From positions 1 through 64,000 of the IMG/VR virus record IMGVR_UViG_3300031463_000001: a DNA stretch of 64,000 nucleotides; one strand, 5' to 3'. A program made the translations under genes and the position numbers. Source of the DNA: a virus. This document shows, piece after piece, positions 9,438 to 19,439 of the stretch; position 1 is the first letter of the stretch, and the number at the start of each line of letters is the position of its first letter. The notes under the pieces are model-generated. The model made no database searches. It was not told the DNA's origin and saw nothing but the letters and a program-made list of their open reading frames with translations.

Positions 9438-10604
9438 ATGATGATAAGAATAGATGGAATTTTGCATAAATTTATAAAGAGATCCCAATTAGAACTCTCA
9501 AATCAACCTATTCCAAAAGGATTAATATTAGTATTTGAAGGATTGGATGGGAGTGGTAAATCTACTCAAGTTAATTTATTGGCTAAAATTTTTGAAAAAA
9601 TTGGAAAAGAAGTAATTATATCTAAATGGAATTCTTCTGAAAAAATATCTGATATAGTAAAAGAGTTAAAAAATAAAAGAGATTTAAAACCTCAAACTTG
9701 GGCATTATTAGAAGCAGCAGATTTATATGAACGAATTAGGAAAGATGTTTTACCTGTTATTTCTAAAGGAGGAGTGGCTATTTTTGATCGTTATTATTAT
9801 ACTGCATTAGTTAGAGGTACTATAAGAGGATTAGATTATGGTTGGGTAGAAGATTTATATAGATATATACCTGATCCTGATTTTATTTTTTATTTTAGGA
9901 TTAATCCTGTAATATCTATGTCGAGAGTAATTAAGCGATCCGAAAAGTTGAGTATGTCAGATCTTTTAGATATTGATGATGCTTTAAAGTTTTATGAATC
10001 GGGTCAAGATTTATCTTTTCATCAAAATCCCACAATAAATTTTTATTTCTTTCAACAGAAAATGAATTCTTTATACGATAAAATTTTTAAAAAATTAGAA
10101 AATAGAGTATGTGTTTTAGATGCTTCAAAAGATATTTTTTCGATTTATGGAGATATATTAGAGTTTTTAAGAGAAAAAAAAGTTTTATCAGGTTTTAGAA
10201 AATATAAAGATATTATTTATTATGTAGAATTTCCTAGGGGATCATTTAGAGTAGTTGGGGATAATAAATTGATTATGCCTTGTGATTATGGGTTTATTCC
10301 TAATACAGTTGGAAATGATTTTATGGAAGTGGATGTTTTGGTTGGTTCAGAAGATAGTGATTTTGTAGTAAAGATTTATCATTTTAATAAAAAGGGTGAA
10401 TTTTCAGAAATTAAATATGCATTAGGATTTTCGAATGAGAATGAAGCTCTTAATTGCTATTCTAAGATTTATCCGAACAGAAAAATTAAATATGAAATAA
10501 TAGATTTTGCAAATTTCAAAAAAGAAATTTTAGAATCTAATGTAGATACTACAAGTAAATTAGTTGAAGATTTTTTGAAGTCTTATTTTGTAAAAGAGGT
10601 GTAA
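9438..10604 (+). CDS. tmk: Thymidylate kinase fused to an inorganic pyrophosphatase-like domain
   Basis: P-loop FEGLDGSGKSTQ, DRYYYT and PDPDFIFY. C-terminal VEFPRG...MPCDYGFIPNTVGNDFMEVDVLV matches the family I PPase pattern. Confidence 0.85.
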   Translation: MMIRIDGILHKFIKRSQLELSNQPIPKGLILVFEGLDGSGKSTQVNLLAKIFEKIGKEVIISKWNSSEKISDIVKELKNKRDLKPQTWALLEAADLYERIRKDVLPVISKGGVAIFDRYYYTALVRGTIRGLDYGWVEDLYRYIPDPDFIFYFRINPVISMSRVIKRSEKLSMSDLLDIDDALKFYESGQDLSFHQNPTINFYFFQQKMNSLYDKIFKKLENRVCVLDASKDIFSIYGDILEFLREKKVLSGFRKYKDIIYYVEFPRGSFRVVGDNKLIMPCDYGFIPNTVGNDFMEVDVLVGSEDSDFVVKIYHFNKKGEFSEIKYALGFSNENEALNCYSKIYPNRKIKYEIIDFANFKKEILESNVDTTSKLVEDFLKSYFVKEV

Positions 10605-10605
10605 G

Positions 10606-10977
10606 GTGAAATCCAACGTAATTGAGATTAAGGTTAAGAAAACTTTTTTAAAAAGAAGAAAACATTTGTTAATAATAAAGTATGGTAAAAAAAATAAAGT
10701 TGAAAATAAAGAAGACTTTGAAAAAATTTTAAGTAAAATTTTTGGAATTAAATTTAATTTTAAAGATTTTGATTTGAATAGTTTTCCTTCAGATTTTTAT
10801 TATTTTATAAAAAAAGTAAGAATTAATGGAGAACTTCTTTTTGAAGTTAAAGATTCATTAGATAGACTTTTTTTATGTGAGTATGGAAGAAAAAAATCTG
10901 TTGAAAAAGCTTTTTCATATTTAAAAGACATTTGTGGATTGGAGATAGTTGATGAAAGTAACAATAAAAAGAATTAG
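10606..10977 (+). CDS. Hypothetical basic protein
   Basis: GTG start with SD gaggtg, tightly packed. Confidence 0.6.
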   Translation: MKSNVIEIKVKKTFLKRRKHLLIIKYGKKNKVENKEDFEKILSKIFGIKFNFKDFDLNSFPSDFYYFIKKVRINGELLFEVKDSLDRLFLCEYGRKKSVEKAFSYLKDICGLEIVDESNNKKN

Positions 10978-11362
10978 AAATAATGATGAGTGTTGTATAG
11001 GTGAATTATATATTGATGATAAATTTTTTTGTAATACTTTAGAAGATACAGTTAGAAACGAAAAAATTTATGGTCAAACTGCTATTCCAGCAGGAAATTA
11101 TAAAATATTTTTGGATTTTTCACCTAGATTTAAAACTAATTTACCTCATATATTAAAAGAAAATGGCAATGAATTAGATACTTTTAACGGAGTTAGGATT
11201 CATAGCGGAAATACTTCAAAAGATACTGAAGGATGTATATTAGTGGGTGAATGGGATAAAAAAGATAATTTTATTTCAAATAGTCGAATTACTTTAACTA
11301 AACTATTAAGAACTTTTGAAGGTAATTATCCTATATCTTTGGAGGTTATAAATGGATTTTAA
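10952..11362 (+). CDS. DUF5675-like protein (putative L,D-peptidase-fold endolysin)
   Basis: GELYID..FFCNTLED, TAIPAGNY, SPRF, IHSGN...DTEGCILVG. Confidence 0.75.
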   Translation: MKVTIKRIRNNDECCIGELYIDDKFFCNTLEDTVRNEKIYGQTAIPAGNYKIFLDFSPRFKTNLPHILKENGNELDTFNGVRIHSGNTSKDTEGCILVGEWDKKDNFISNSRITLTKLLRTFEGNYPISLEVINGF

Positions 11363-11906
11363 TGCTTACACTAAGGATGAATTTGATCTTTTTTTATCTG
11401 ATTTGAAAGTAGGAGATGTTTTATTATTTAAGGGTGAAGGTTGGATTTCAAAGGCAATAATGTGGTTTTCAGATAGTGAATGGAGTCATGCAGCTATATA
11501 TGCGGGAAATGGATGTATTTATGAATCAACTGAAACAGGAGTTGAATTAAATTCTTTGAAAACTAGAGTAAATCAATGTGAAAGAATATTGGTAAGAAGA
11601 TATGTAGAATTTTTAACAGATTCAGAAATAGAAAAATTAACTCAAAAAGCTACTGAGTTAGTTTATGAAAGTTATGATACATGGCAACTTTTTGGTTTAG
11701 GTTTATATTTTCTTTTGAGAAAATTAGGTATTAGATTTAGTTGGTTAGTACCAAATAATAGAAGTAAGATGATTTGTTCAGAATTAGTTTATGTATTGTA
11801 TTTAGCTATGGGTAAAAAACTTTATGATGATCCAAAAACTTTTACTCCAGAAACAATAAAAGGTTCTAAATTATTTTATAGTGTATGTATGTTTTTGGGA
11901 GATTAA
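11352..11906 (+). CDS. Permuted papain-like NlpC/P60 amidase (YiiX/YebB-like)
   Basis: LKVGDVLLF, SEWSHAAIY, YD, ICSELV: His precedes Cys, the permuted order. Confidence 0.8.
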   Translation: MDFNAYTKDEFDLFLSDLKVGDVLLFKGEGWISKAIMWFSDSEWSHAAIYAGNGCIYESTETGVELNSLKTRVNQCERILVRRYVEFLTDSEIEKLTQKATELVYESYDTWQLFGLGLYFLLRKLGIRFSWLVPNNRSKMICSELVYVLYLAMGKKLYDDPKTFTPETIKGSKLFYSVCMFLGD

Positions 11907-11907
11907 G

Positions 11908-12285
11908 ATGCTTTTAGGGGACATAGTTATATTTGATAATACAAGGGTAGGTATATTTGTAGGGGATGACACTGTTTTGTATCCTAATAAGGATGTGTTG
12001 AAAAAAGTTTCTTTTAAAAAAATTGAAAGTAAAATTAATATGATACGACGATTTAAGAATATGGATGTAGAAGATTATACAGTAATATTTAATGAGTTAA
12101 TGAAATACAAAAATGGTTGGTTTAGACAAATTTTTAAACCTAAAAAATTGAGTTATAGTGGAATTACTTTTATTGCATATTTACTTAATTTGATTCATTT
12201 ACTTATCAAATTTGATTTTAAACAAGTGACATTAGAGGATATTAAATTTTCGACCAAACTTTACACGATAATTGAGAAGAGGTAA
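11908..12285 (+). CDS. Probable catalytically dead paralogue of the upstream amidase
   Basis: LGDIVIF...VGIFVG...IRRF...TLEDIKFSTKLY parallels the previous gene but lacks the His and Cys. Confidence 0.5.
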   Translation: MLLGDIVIFDNTRVGIFVGDDTVLYPNKDVLKKVSFKKIESKINMIRRFKNMDVEDYTVIFNELMKYKNGWFRQIFKPKKLSYSGITFIAYLLNLIHLLIKFDFKQVTLEDIKFSTKLYTIIEKR

Positions 12286-12286
12286 C

Positions 12287-12856
12287 ATGGCTCAACCAAA
12301 TCCTATCATTTATTTGAAAGTTTTAAATTTATTGGTGTATAACAGATTTTATTTGATGTGGGAAAGCATTGATCCTGATATTGTTTCTTTCAACATATAC
12401 AGATCTAATTCATCCACTGGTGGATTTGAAAAAATTGCTAGTGTTCCATCATCCCAGAAAGAGTATGTAGATCAAGTTCCATTTAATTATCAAATTAATT
12501 ATTATTACAAGATAACTCAGATTAATTCTAATAATGAAGAAAGTAGTTTAGATGATGCTCTTGCTGTAAGTGATAAAACTTTTACAACTTGGGATGAAAC
12601 TCCTTTTGTAGAATATCCTGTTGATGCTTCTTATACATTTAATCAACCAGTGATTGGAGTGAAGGATGGAGTTAATACCACGTTTAGAACAACATCTATT
12701 TTTAGAGCTGGATCTTTGTGTGTATATTTAAATGGGGTTAGGCAAACTTTGGATATTGATTATATAGAAGGACCTGATTTACAATCATTTATTTTTCAAT
12801 CTATTATACCAATTGAGGGAGATGATATTATGGTTGATTACATAAAATTGAGATAG
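12287..12856 (+). CDS. Virion protein with a fibronectin type III-like domain
   Basis: LMWES...FNIYRS...YVD...YYYKIT (FN3), then a DGVNTTF...VYLNGVRQ..DY module. Confidence 0.7.
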   Translation: MAQPNPIIYLKVLNLLVYNRFYLMWESIDPDIVSFNIYRSNSSTGGFEKIASVPSSQKEYVDQVPFNYQINYYYKITQINSNNEESSLDDALAVSDKTFTTWDETPFVEYPVDASYTFNQPVIGVKDGVNTTFRTTSIFRAGSLCVYLNGVRQTLDIDYIEGPDLQSFIFQSIIPIEGDDIMVDYIKLR

Positions 12857-12866
12857 GAGTAAATCT

Positions 12867-13685
12867 ATGCCTCGAATACGATTAGATCAACAAGGAAAAA
12901 TAGAGTCAGCTACTTCTGAAATAATTAAAAATTTAGATGTTCAAACGGAAGATATTAAAGATAGAGCAATTACTGCTGAAAAGATTGCATCTAAAATTAT
13001 TACAAGTGAACATATTAGTGATCAATCTATTACGGTAGAAAAACTGAACATTAATGACGATTTAGATTTAAAATTAAAACAATTGAAAGAATTAAGAATT
13101 GAGAATGTTGATGAGTTACCTCCAGCGGGTTATGAAGGAAGAGTTGTATATCATAGAGTTCAAAAAGTTTTATATTATGATGATGGATATGAGTGGATTA
13201 AGTTGAATGTTTGGGGAGTTCCTTATAAAATTATTGAAACTTTTGTAATAACTGATCCATTAAGCCAAAGAAGTTTTAATTTAAGTAATGAAGTTTTACA
13301 AAAATCTGAAAGTTTATATTTGAATGGATTAAGATTGTTATATGGTTACAGTAATGAGTATGTAATTACAGATTTTAATAGATTAGATTTAATGAATTGT
13401 GTTGAATTGAATGTAGGAGATAATTTAGTTTTGGAGTATTATAATAGATTAAGTTCAAGATATTTAGATGTTATTTTTGAAAAAAGTATTTTTAGTTTAT
13501 TGGATGGACAACATCAGGTTGTTTTACCTTATGATATTTTAGTTGATTCAGAAAAAGTATCTTTGAATGGAGTTCATTTAGTTAAAGGAATAGACTATAA
13601 TGTGAATGGGAGAGTTATTGAATTAGTACCTGAAACTTTAGTTTTTGATAAGATGATATTAAGTGTAGACTATTTAGTGTCATAA
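12867..13685 (+). CDS. Virion structural protein with two LNG..L...DY/EY modules
   Basis: I.D.AIT.EKI repeats and duplicated SE.(L/V).LNG modules. Confidence 0.65.
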   Translation: MPRIRLDQQGKIESATSEIIKNLDVQTEDIKDRAITAEKIASKIITSEHISDQSITVEKLNINDDLDLKLKQLKELRIENVDELPPAGYEGRVVYHRVQKVLYYDDGYEWIKLNVWGVPYKIIETFVITDPLSQRSFNLSNEVLQKSESLYLNGLRLLYGYSNEYVITDFNRLDLMNCVELNVGDNLVLEYYNRLSSRYLDVIFEKSIFSLLDGQHQVVLPYDILVDSEKVSLNGVHLVKGIDYNVNGRVIELVPETLVFDKMILSVDYLVS

Positions 13686-13701
13686 ATTAATAGGAGGTTA
13701 T

Positions 13702-15138
13702 ATGGCGGTAACAAAAATACATGGTGGATCTCAAATACAAGATCTTACTATTGTTAATGGAAAAATAAAAGATGGAGAATTAACTGATTCGAAAATTAGT
13801 TCTTCGGCTAATATAAGTATATCAAAATTAAATACTAGTGAAGCTGATTTTGATAGTTTAGGAAAACTTAGGAGTGGAACAATAAATGATATTAATGTTG
13901 CTAGTAATGCTGCAATTACTTTATCAAAATTAGCTAGTTTAAGTGTTAGTAAAGCATTGATATCAAATGTAAATGGTGTAATAGATGTTTCAAATGTTAC
14001 TTCAACTGAATTAGGATATGTAAGTGGAGTTACATCATCTATACAGTCTCAACTAGATTCTAAACTACCTCTTGCAGGTGGAATAATGACTGGAGATTTA
14101 GATTTGGGAAGTCATTATATTAAAAATGTAGCTTCTCCAGTTAATGCTAATGATGCTGCTACAAAAAATTATGTTGATAGTCGACTTAGTGGATTAAGTT
14201 GGCAAGAACCTGTTATATCTATAATAGATGAAGTAAATTTACCTTCAAATCCAAATGTAGGAGATAGATATTTAATAAATAATGGAACTCATGTAAATAA
14301 TATTGCTCAATATACAACTTCGGGTTGGACTTTTGTGATTCCGCAAGCAGATTATGCATTATTTGAAACGACTAATGATCAAGGATGGGTATATAATTCA
14401 GAAAATGTTAGTACTTTTAAATGGGTTCAATTTACGGGTACAGGAATGGTTGATGCAGGAGCAGGTTTAGAAAAAGTTGGAAATATTTTAAATGTAAAAT
14501 TTGGTGCAGGTATAAAAGAATTGCCAACTGATGAAGTTGGAATTGATCTTGCAACAAGTAGTGGTTTAGCATTAACATCTCAGTTAACTGATGGTCAGTT
14601 AAAGGTTAATTATGATGATGTGACTTTAGGAGTGGATACTAATGGTTATTTGTATTTGAAAGATGATGCAGTATCTACCTCTAAAATTCAAAATAATGCT
14701 ATTATTGCATCTAAACTTGGAAATATAGTAGGAAATGGATTAATAGGAAGCAATGGAAGTATTATACAAGTTGATGTAGGTTATACAGCAAGTAAAATAC
14801 CTCAATATGATTCAAATGGATTTTTAGGAATTGGAAAAACATCTCCAACAGTAATGCTTGATGTAAATGGAGATGCTAAAATTAGTGGTTCATTATATAT
14901 AGGAAGTAATAAAGTAGATGTGGGAATTGAGATTAGAGAAAAAGCTTATGGTGATGGATCAACAACTCAATATGATTTATCTAATACTCCTATATCGGAT
15001 GCTTCTGTTAAGGTATATGTAAGTGGTTTGTTATATTCTGCTCCAGAAGATTATTCTATTTCAGGTTCTACTATAACTTTTGTAGAAGCTCCTTCAAATA
15101 GTAGTATTATTCAATTCATTTATAGAAAGAGCAGTTAA
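13702..15138 (+). CDS. Fibre-like virion protein
   Basis: LPLAGGIMTGDL, NDAATKNYVD, AGAGL repeats, GIGKTSP..LDVNG and a C-terminal DGSTTQY...DYSISG module. Confidence 0.75.
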   Translation: MAVTKIHGGSQIQDLTIVNGKIKDGELTDSKISSSANISISKLNTSEADFDSLGKLRSGTINDINVASNAAITLSKLASLSVSKALISNVNGVIDVSNVTSTELGYVSGVTSSIQSQLDSKLPLAGGIMTGDLDLGSHYIKNVASPVNANDAATKNYVDSRLSGLSWQEPVISIIDEVNLPSNPNVGDRYLINNGTHVNNIAQYTTSGWTFVIPQADYALFETTNDQGWVYNSENVSTFKWVQFTGTGMVDAGAGLEKVGNILNVKFGAGIKELPTDEVGIDLATSSGLALTSQLTDGQLKVNYDDVTLGVDTNGYLYLKDDAVSTSKIQNNAIIASKLGNIVGNGLIGSNGSIIQVDVGYTASKIPQYDSNGFLGIGKTSPTVMLDVNGDAKISGSLYIGSNKVDVGIEIREKAYGDGSTTQYDLSNTPISDASVKVYVSGLLYSAPEDYSISGSTITFVEAPSNSSIIQFIYRKSS

Positions 15139-15167
15139 TTGATTGTTTGGATGTGGGGAGGGAATAA

Positions 15168-16832
15168 ATGCCTAATACTAAAATTGATTCTCAATTGATT
15201 AAAGATTTAACTATTGAATCTGTAGATATAAAAGATGGTGCAGTTGTTACAAGTAAATTAACTATTGATGCTGATTTGAATTTGAATAATAAAAAAATAG
15301 TTAATTTAGCAGATCCTATAAATATCTATGATGCTGCAACCAAAAATTATGTAGATGCTCATAGTAGTTCCCTCCCTTCAGGAACATTAGGGCAAACCTT
15401 AAGAAATGACGGAACGAATTGGTTAGCGGATAGTAATTTATATAATGATGGAACAAACATTGGGATTGGGACGACAACACCTTCTGAAAAACTTGAGGTA
15501 AACGGAAATATAAAAGTTGCTAACTCCACTATTTTAGCATATGGTGATGCAAATACTATAATGTTTAATAGTTCTGTATATGGAAATTATGCATTTACTA
15601 TTAGGGCTAAACTAGTAAGTAGTGGATTACAGTATGATATTATTCAATACAACTATTCATCAGGAGGTTTATTTTTATATCCGAATGGTGCAGTATTTTT
15701 TCCCGGATCAGGAGTATGGGGTTCTTTGGGTGTCGGTATCGGGACTCAAGTTCCATCTGAAAAATTACATGTTGTAGGAAATATAGGCATATCAGCTGGA
15801 GCAAATGCATTTATTGGCACAAAGGATAATTATGCATTAAGTTTAAGGACAAATAATACTGATAGGGTTTTTATTGATAATGCTGGTAATGTTGGCATTG
15901 GGACAACATCTCCAATTGAAAAACTTGATGTTATTGGAAGTATAAGAACTACAGGATATATTAAAGAAGAATTACCTTCTAATAATTTAAGTGCTACAGG
16001 AACAGTTATAACTATAACTGCAGGAGAAAGTTTATTACAAGGAGATGTATGTAGATGTGGTTCTGATGGTAAATTTTATAAGGCAAATGCAACAGATTTT
16101 ACTGGAGTTCCGGCTATTATTTTAGTAATTGAAAATATACCAGCTAATAGTTCTGGCAAGGCATTAAAATTAGGATATTGGAGGGATGATTCAAAAACTT
16201 ATGTTATAGGTAAAGAAATCTACTTGGATACCACTGCTGGCCAAATTACTCAGACTATTCCTTCTTCAACGGGGAATCAAGTTCAAATATTGGGGATGGC
16301 CATAACTGATCATATTATAGAATTTAACCCCGATAAAACGATATTGGAAATTAAAGGTAATTTTGGGAGTTATGTTAATATTTATTCTTACGATACTATA
16401 GTAGGTTTGAGTAAATCTGCGGGTACTATGTATTTTGCAAAAGATAACGGGCATTTTTATGGTTGGACAGGAACACAACTAATAGATTTTGGGGGGGATG
16501 GAAATTCTTATAATTTGAATGATGGGCAAGGATCTGATATTATTATAGATGATTACTCTAATTTAAACTCTAAAAATCCGGGAACCATTTGTTTTGCGAG
16601 AGACACGGGGCATTTTTATGGTTGGACAGGTTCAATGTTAATAGATCTTGGAGGAGACCCAAATTTACAGACACCATATAACATATCTGGAGATAATGGA
16701 ATTATAGTATCAACTTTTTATTCTGATATAATAAATAACCAAAATAAAGTTAGTACTATATATTTTGCGATGGATACCAAACATTTCTATGCATGGACAG
16801 GAACAATTTTAATCGATCTTGGAGGAAATTAA
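15168..16832 (+). CDS. Tail/head fibre protein
   Basis: DAATKNYVD, three GIGT..P.EKL.V.G shaft repeats, a cement-like domain and three C-terminal F-A-x-D-x-x-H-F-Y-x-W-T-G repeats. Confidence 0.75.
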   Translation: MPNTKIDSQLIKDLTIESVDIKDGAVVTSKLTIDADLNLNNKKIVNLADPINIYDAATKNYVDAHSSSLPSGTLGQTLRNDGTNWLADSNLYNDGTNIGIGTTTPSEKLEVNGNIKVANSTILAYGDANTIMFNSSVYGNYAFTIRAKLVSSGLQYDIIQYNYSSGGLFLYPNGAVFFPGSGVWGSLGVGIGTQVPSEKLHVVGNIGISAGANAFIGTKDNYALSLRTNNTDRVFIDNAGNVGIGTTSPIEKLDVIGSIRTTGYIKEELPSNNLSATGTVITITAGESLLQGDVCRCGSDGKFYKANATDFTGVPAIILVIENIPANSSGKALKLGYWRDDSKTYVIGKEIYLDTTAGQITQTIPSSTGNQVQILGMAITDHIIEFNPDKTILEIKGNFGSYVNIYSYDTIVGLSKSAGTMYFAKDNGHFYGWTGTQLIDFGGDGNSYNLNDGQGSDIIIDDYSNLNSKNPGTICFARDTGHFYGWTGSMLIDLGGDPNLQTPYNISGDNGIIVSTFYSDIINNQNKVSTIYFAMDTKHFYAWTGTILIDLGGN

Positions 16833-16833
16833 T

Positions 16834-17826
16834 ATGAGTGGATTAAGTAAAGTTGTAAAAATAAACCAAATAGATATAAATGAAATTGGTGAAAATATTA
16901 CTCAAAATTTAAATATGAATGGATTTAATATTACTGGTATATCTGAATTAAGTTTTTTTCAAAATAGTGGTACATTAACGGGAAATACAAGCATTATAGG
17001 AAATACGAATATTAATGGTAATATAAACATTACAGGGCAATATTTAGTAAATGGGAATCCTTTCACAACTACTCCAGGTGGAAATGATAAGCAATTGCAA
17101 TATAATAATAATGGAACTTTAGGAGGTATTCCAGATGTTACCTATGAACCAATACAGACACCTAATGGTTCTGTTAATGGGCTACAAGCTTCATTTATAA
17201 ATGTTACTAATGCTCTTCATATTAATAATGGGGCAGAACTTGTCGCTGATGGGTCGATAAAAGCAAATGGGGGGATTAGTGGTCCTACATCAATAATGAT
17301 AGGTTCTTCTATCAATGTGAGCGGGAGTGTCACTGGGGAAGGTGCGAATTTTTCTGGAAGTGTTTCAATAGGTGGAAGTCTTTCAGTAAGAAGTTTTATT
17401 AGTACAAACGGGGATGTTACTGGATTAAATGCGCTTTTTTCTGGTGCTACAGTAAATGGGAATCTTACAGTATGGGGATCTTTTTATGCAGCGGATAAAC
17501 ATGCAATTGTAAAAACTCAAGATTATGGCGCAAGATTGACTTCTTGTATGGAAGCAGCTACAGTTAGACTTTATGATGAAGGAAAAGATACTTTAGTAAA
17601 TGGAGAGAAACGAATAGACTTAGACCCAATATTTTTAGAGACAATAGAAGGCGAACTTTATATACATGTTACTCCTTATGGCCCTGCTTCTTTGTATATT
17701 TCAGAAAAAGGAACCAATTATTTTGTAGTTAAATCTATACAAGGTAATGACGTCGAATTTAATTGGATAGTTTCTGCGATAAGGAAAGGTTATACAGGTA
17801 TTAGGCTAGAAGAATTTAAAGGATAA
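16834..17826 (+). CDS. Fibre/spike protein with beta-helix shaft and chaperone-like C-terminus
   Basis: Gly/Asn/Ser beta repeats; C-terminal DEGKDTLVNGE..IDLDPIF...YFVVKS...FNWIVSAIRKGY. Confidence 0.7.
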   Translation: MSGLSKVVKINQIDINEIGENITQNLNMNGFNITGISELSFFQNSGTLTGNTSIIGNTNINGNINITGQYLVNGNPFTTTPGGNDKQLQYNNNGTLGGIPDVTYEPIQTPNGSVNGLQASFINVTNALHINNGAELVADGSIKANGGISGPTSIMIGSSINVSGSVTGEGANFSGSVSIGGSLSVRSFISTNGDVTGLNALFSGATVNGNLTVWGSFYAADKHAIVKTQDYGARLTSCMEAATVRLYDEGKDTLVNGEKRIDLDPIFLETIEGELYIHVTPYGPASLYISEKGTNYFVVKSIQGNDVEFNWIVSAIRKGYTGIRLEEFKG

Positions 17827-17840
17827 ACAGGAGGAAAAAA

Positions 17841-19439
17841 ATGAAAAAGTTAATATTAGCAATAGGAATATTTTTAAGCGCATTAAGCTTAGGATATTCG
17901 GGATTTAGAAACATAGTAGTTTCTACTTCTCCATACAAAAATGCTACATATGTAGATGAACTCAGAACTGATTACACAGGCATATATATTACGACAAATA
18001 CATATATAAATGGAACATTGGATATGCTAGGTAAATCAATACTTAATGCTGTTTTTTATGGTGATGGCTCTAATTTAACTGGGGTTCAAGCAAGTGGTAT
18101 TGCTGACAACACAATAACGAGCGCGAAAATAGTAGATGGCGAAGTAAAAGATGTGGATGTATATTTAACAACAAATGCGATAAATGGGCAATGGGGCGAT
18201 GATAAAATATTGGGTATATCTTCAAACAAGCTAATAGGAATAATACCAAATAGTTTAATTGACTTTTCCACAATAACGCAACAATTTGATGCAGTAGCAC
18301 AAGATACAACAACGCTTGGGAATATAAAATTAAACAAATCAGGCGATACAATGAGTGGCAATTTAGATATGGCTGGTTATTTAATTCAGAATGCAACATA
18401 TTATGGGGATGGTTCTCATCTAACTGGAATAGCAAGTGGTGGAGACAATCTTGGTAATCATATTGCGACAACAACGTTGAATATGAATGGAAATGATATA
18501 AGTAATGTTAAACAACTAACTATAGAAGGAGATACGACTTCTATTCAATCATGGTTATTGATGCATCAAAATAATGCTTATTTATCAGGAAATGGAAGTA
18601 ATATATTGAATATCAGTAATTTTTCAAAACTTATTACTCCTACAAGTATGAAGGTTGGGCTTGGTGTAAGCCCTTCCTATATGCTAGATGTTAATGGAGA
18701 CATAAATTTTACAGGCACTCTTTATAAAAATCGTGTTCCTTTCGGTGGGGGGTCTGGAGATAATCTTGGAAATCATATTGCTACGACTACGCTTGATATG
18801 AATAACAATTGGATAAATAATGTAAATTGGATAACATTTTATGGTGCTGACATTGGAATAGATACTAATTATCAATATTCTAAACTACAATTAGGCAAAT
18901 CTTATTCTGATGATATTTCGGGAATATCAATTGGTGATTATACCCTGACAACAACAGAGACAAATGTAGCTTTAGCACCCCCACCAAGAGGATATAATCC
19001 CTCTGGTAATATAGCAATAGGTGTTCAAAATGTTTCTAGTGGCTATGATAATATAGTAATAGGACATAATTCTCAAGCAAATGGACATAATAATATTGTT
19101 ATTGGACAAAATATTTCAGTAGATAATCACAGGGTAGGAAATCCTACAGGAAATTTAAATATTGGTAATTTAATAACAGGGCAAATAGTTATTGATAATA
19201 GTTATGGAGATACATCTTGGGTTTATTTTAATACTACAGGTGGAACTAATAGCACTTCTCCGTTCTATGTCCAAGATAGCACTTCTGCTACTAAACAAAT
19301 GTGTTTAGTTGGAAGTGTTGAAAATCTACCCACAACGGGCTTTGATGAAGGTTGCTTTGTTTATAATTATACAGAACATAAAGTATATGTTTCAACTGAA
19401 AATGTTGTTGGAATAGAAAGCTGGAAACCATTATGGTAG
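17841..19439 (+). CDS. Fibre/adhesin-like protein with an N-terminal signal peptide
   Basis: MKKLILAIGIFLSALSLGYS signal-like N-terminus; duplicated YGDGS.LTG and GDNLGNHIATTTL; YadA-like NIVIG repeats. Confidence 0.65.
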   Translation: MKKLILAIGIFLSALSLGYSGFRNIVVSTSPYKNATYVDELRTDYTGIYITTNTYINGTLDMLGKSILNAVFYGDGSNLTGVQASGIADNTITSAKIVDGEVKDVDVYLTTNAINGQWGDDKILGISSNKLIGIIPNSLIDFSTITQQFDAVAQDTTTLGNIKLNKSGDTMSGNLDMAGYLIQNATYYGDGSHLTGIASGGDNLGNHIATTTLNMNGNDISNVKQLTIEGDTTSIQSWLLMHQNNAYLSGNGSNILNISNFSKLITPTSMKVGLGVSPSYMLDVNGDINFTGTLYKNRVPFGGGSGDNLGNHIATTTLDMNNNWINNVNWITFYGADIGIDTNYQYSKLQLGKSYSDDISGISIGDYTLTTTETNVALAPPPRGYNPSGNIAIGVQNVSSGYDNIVIGHNSQANGHNNIVIGQNISVDNHRVGNPTGNLNIGNLITGQIVIDNSYGDTSWVYFNTTGGTNSTSPFYVQDSTSATKQMCLVGSVENLPTTGFDEGCFVYNYTEHKVYVSTENVVGIESWKPLW

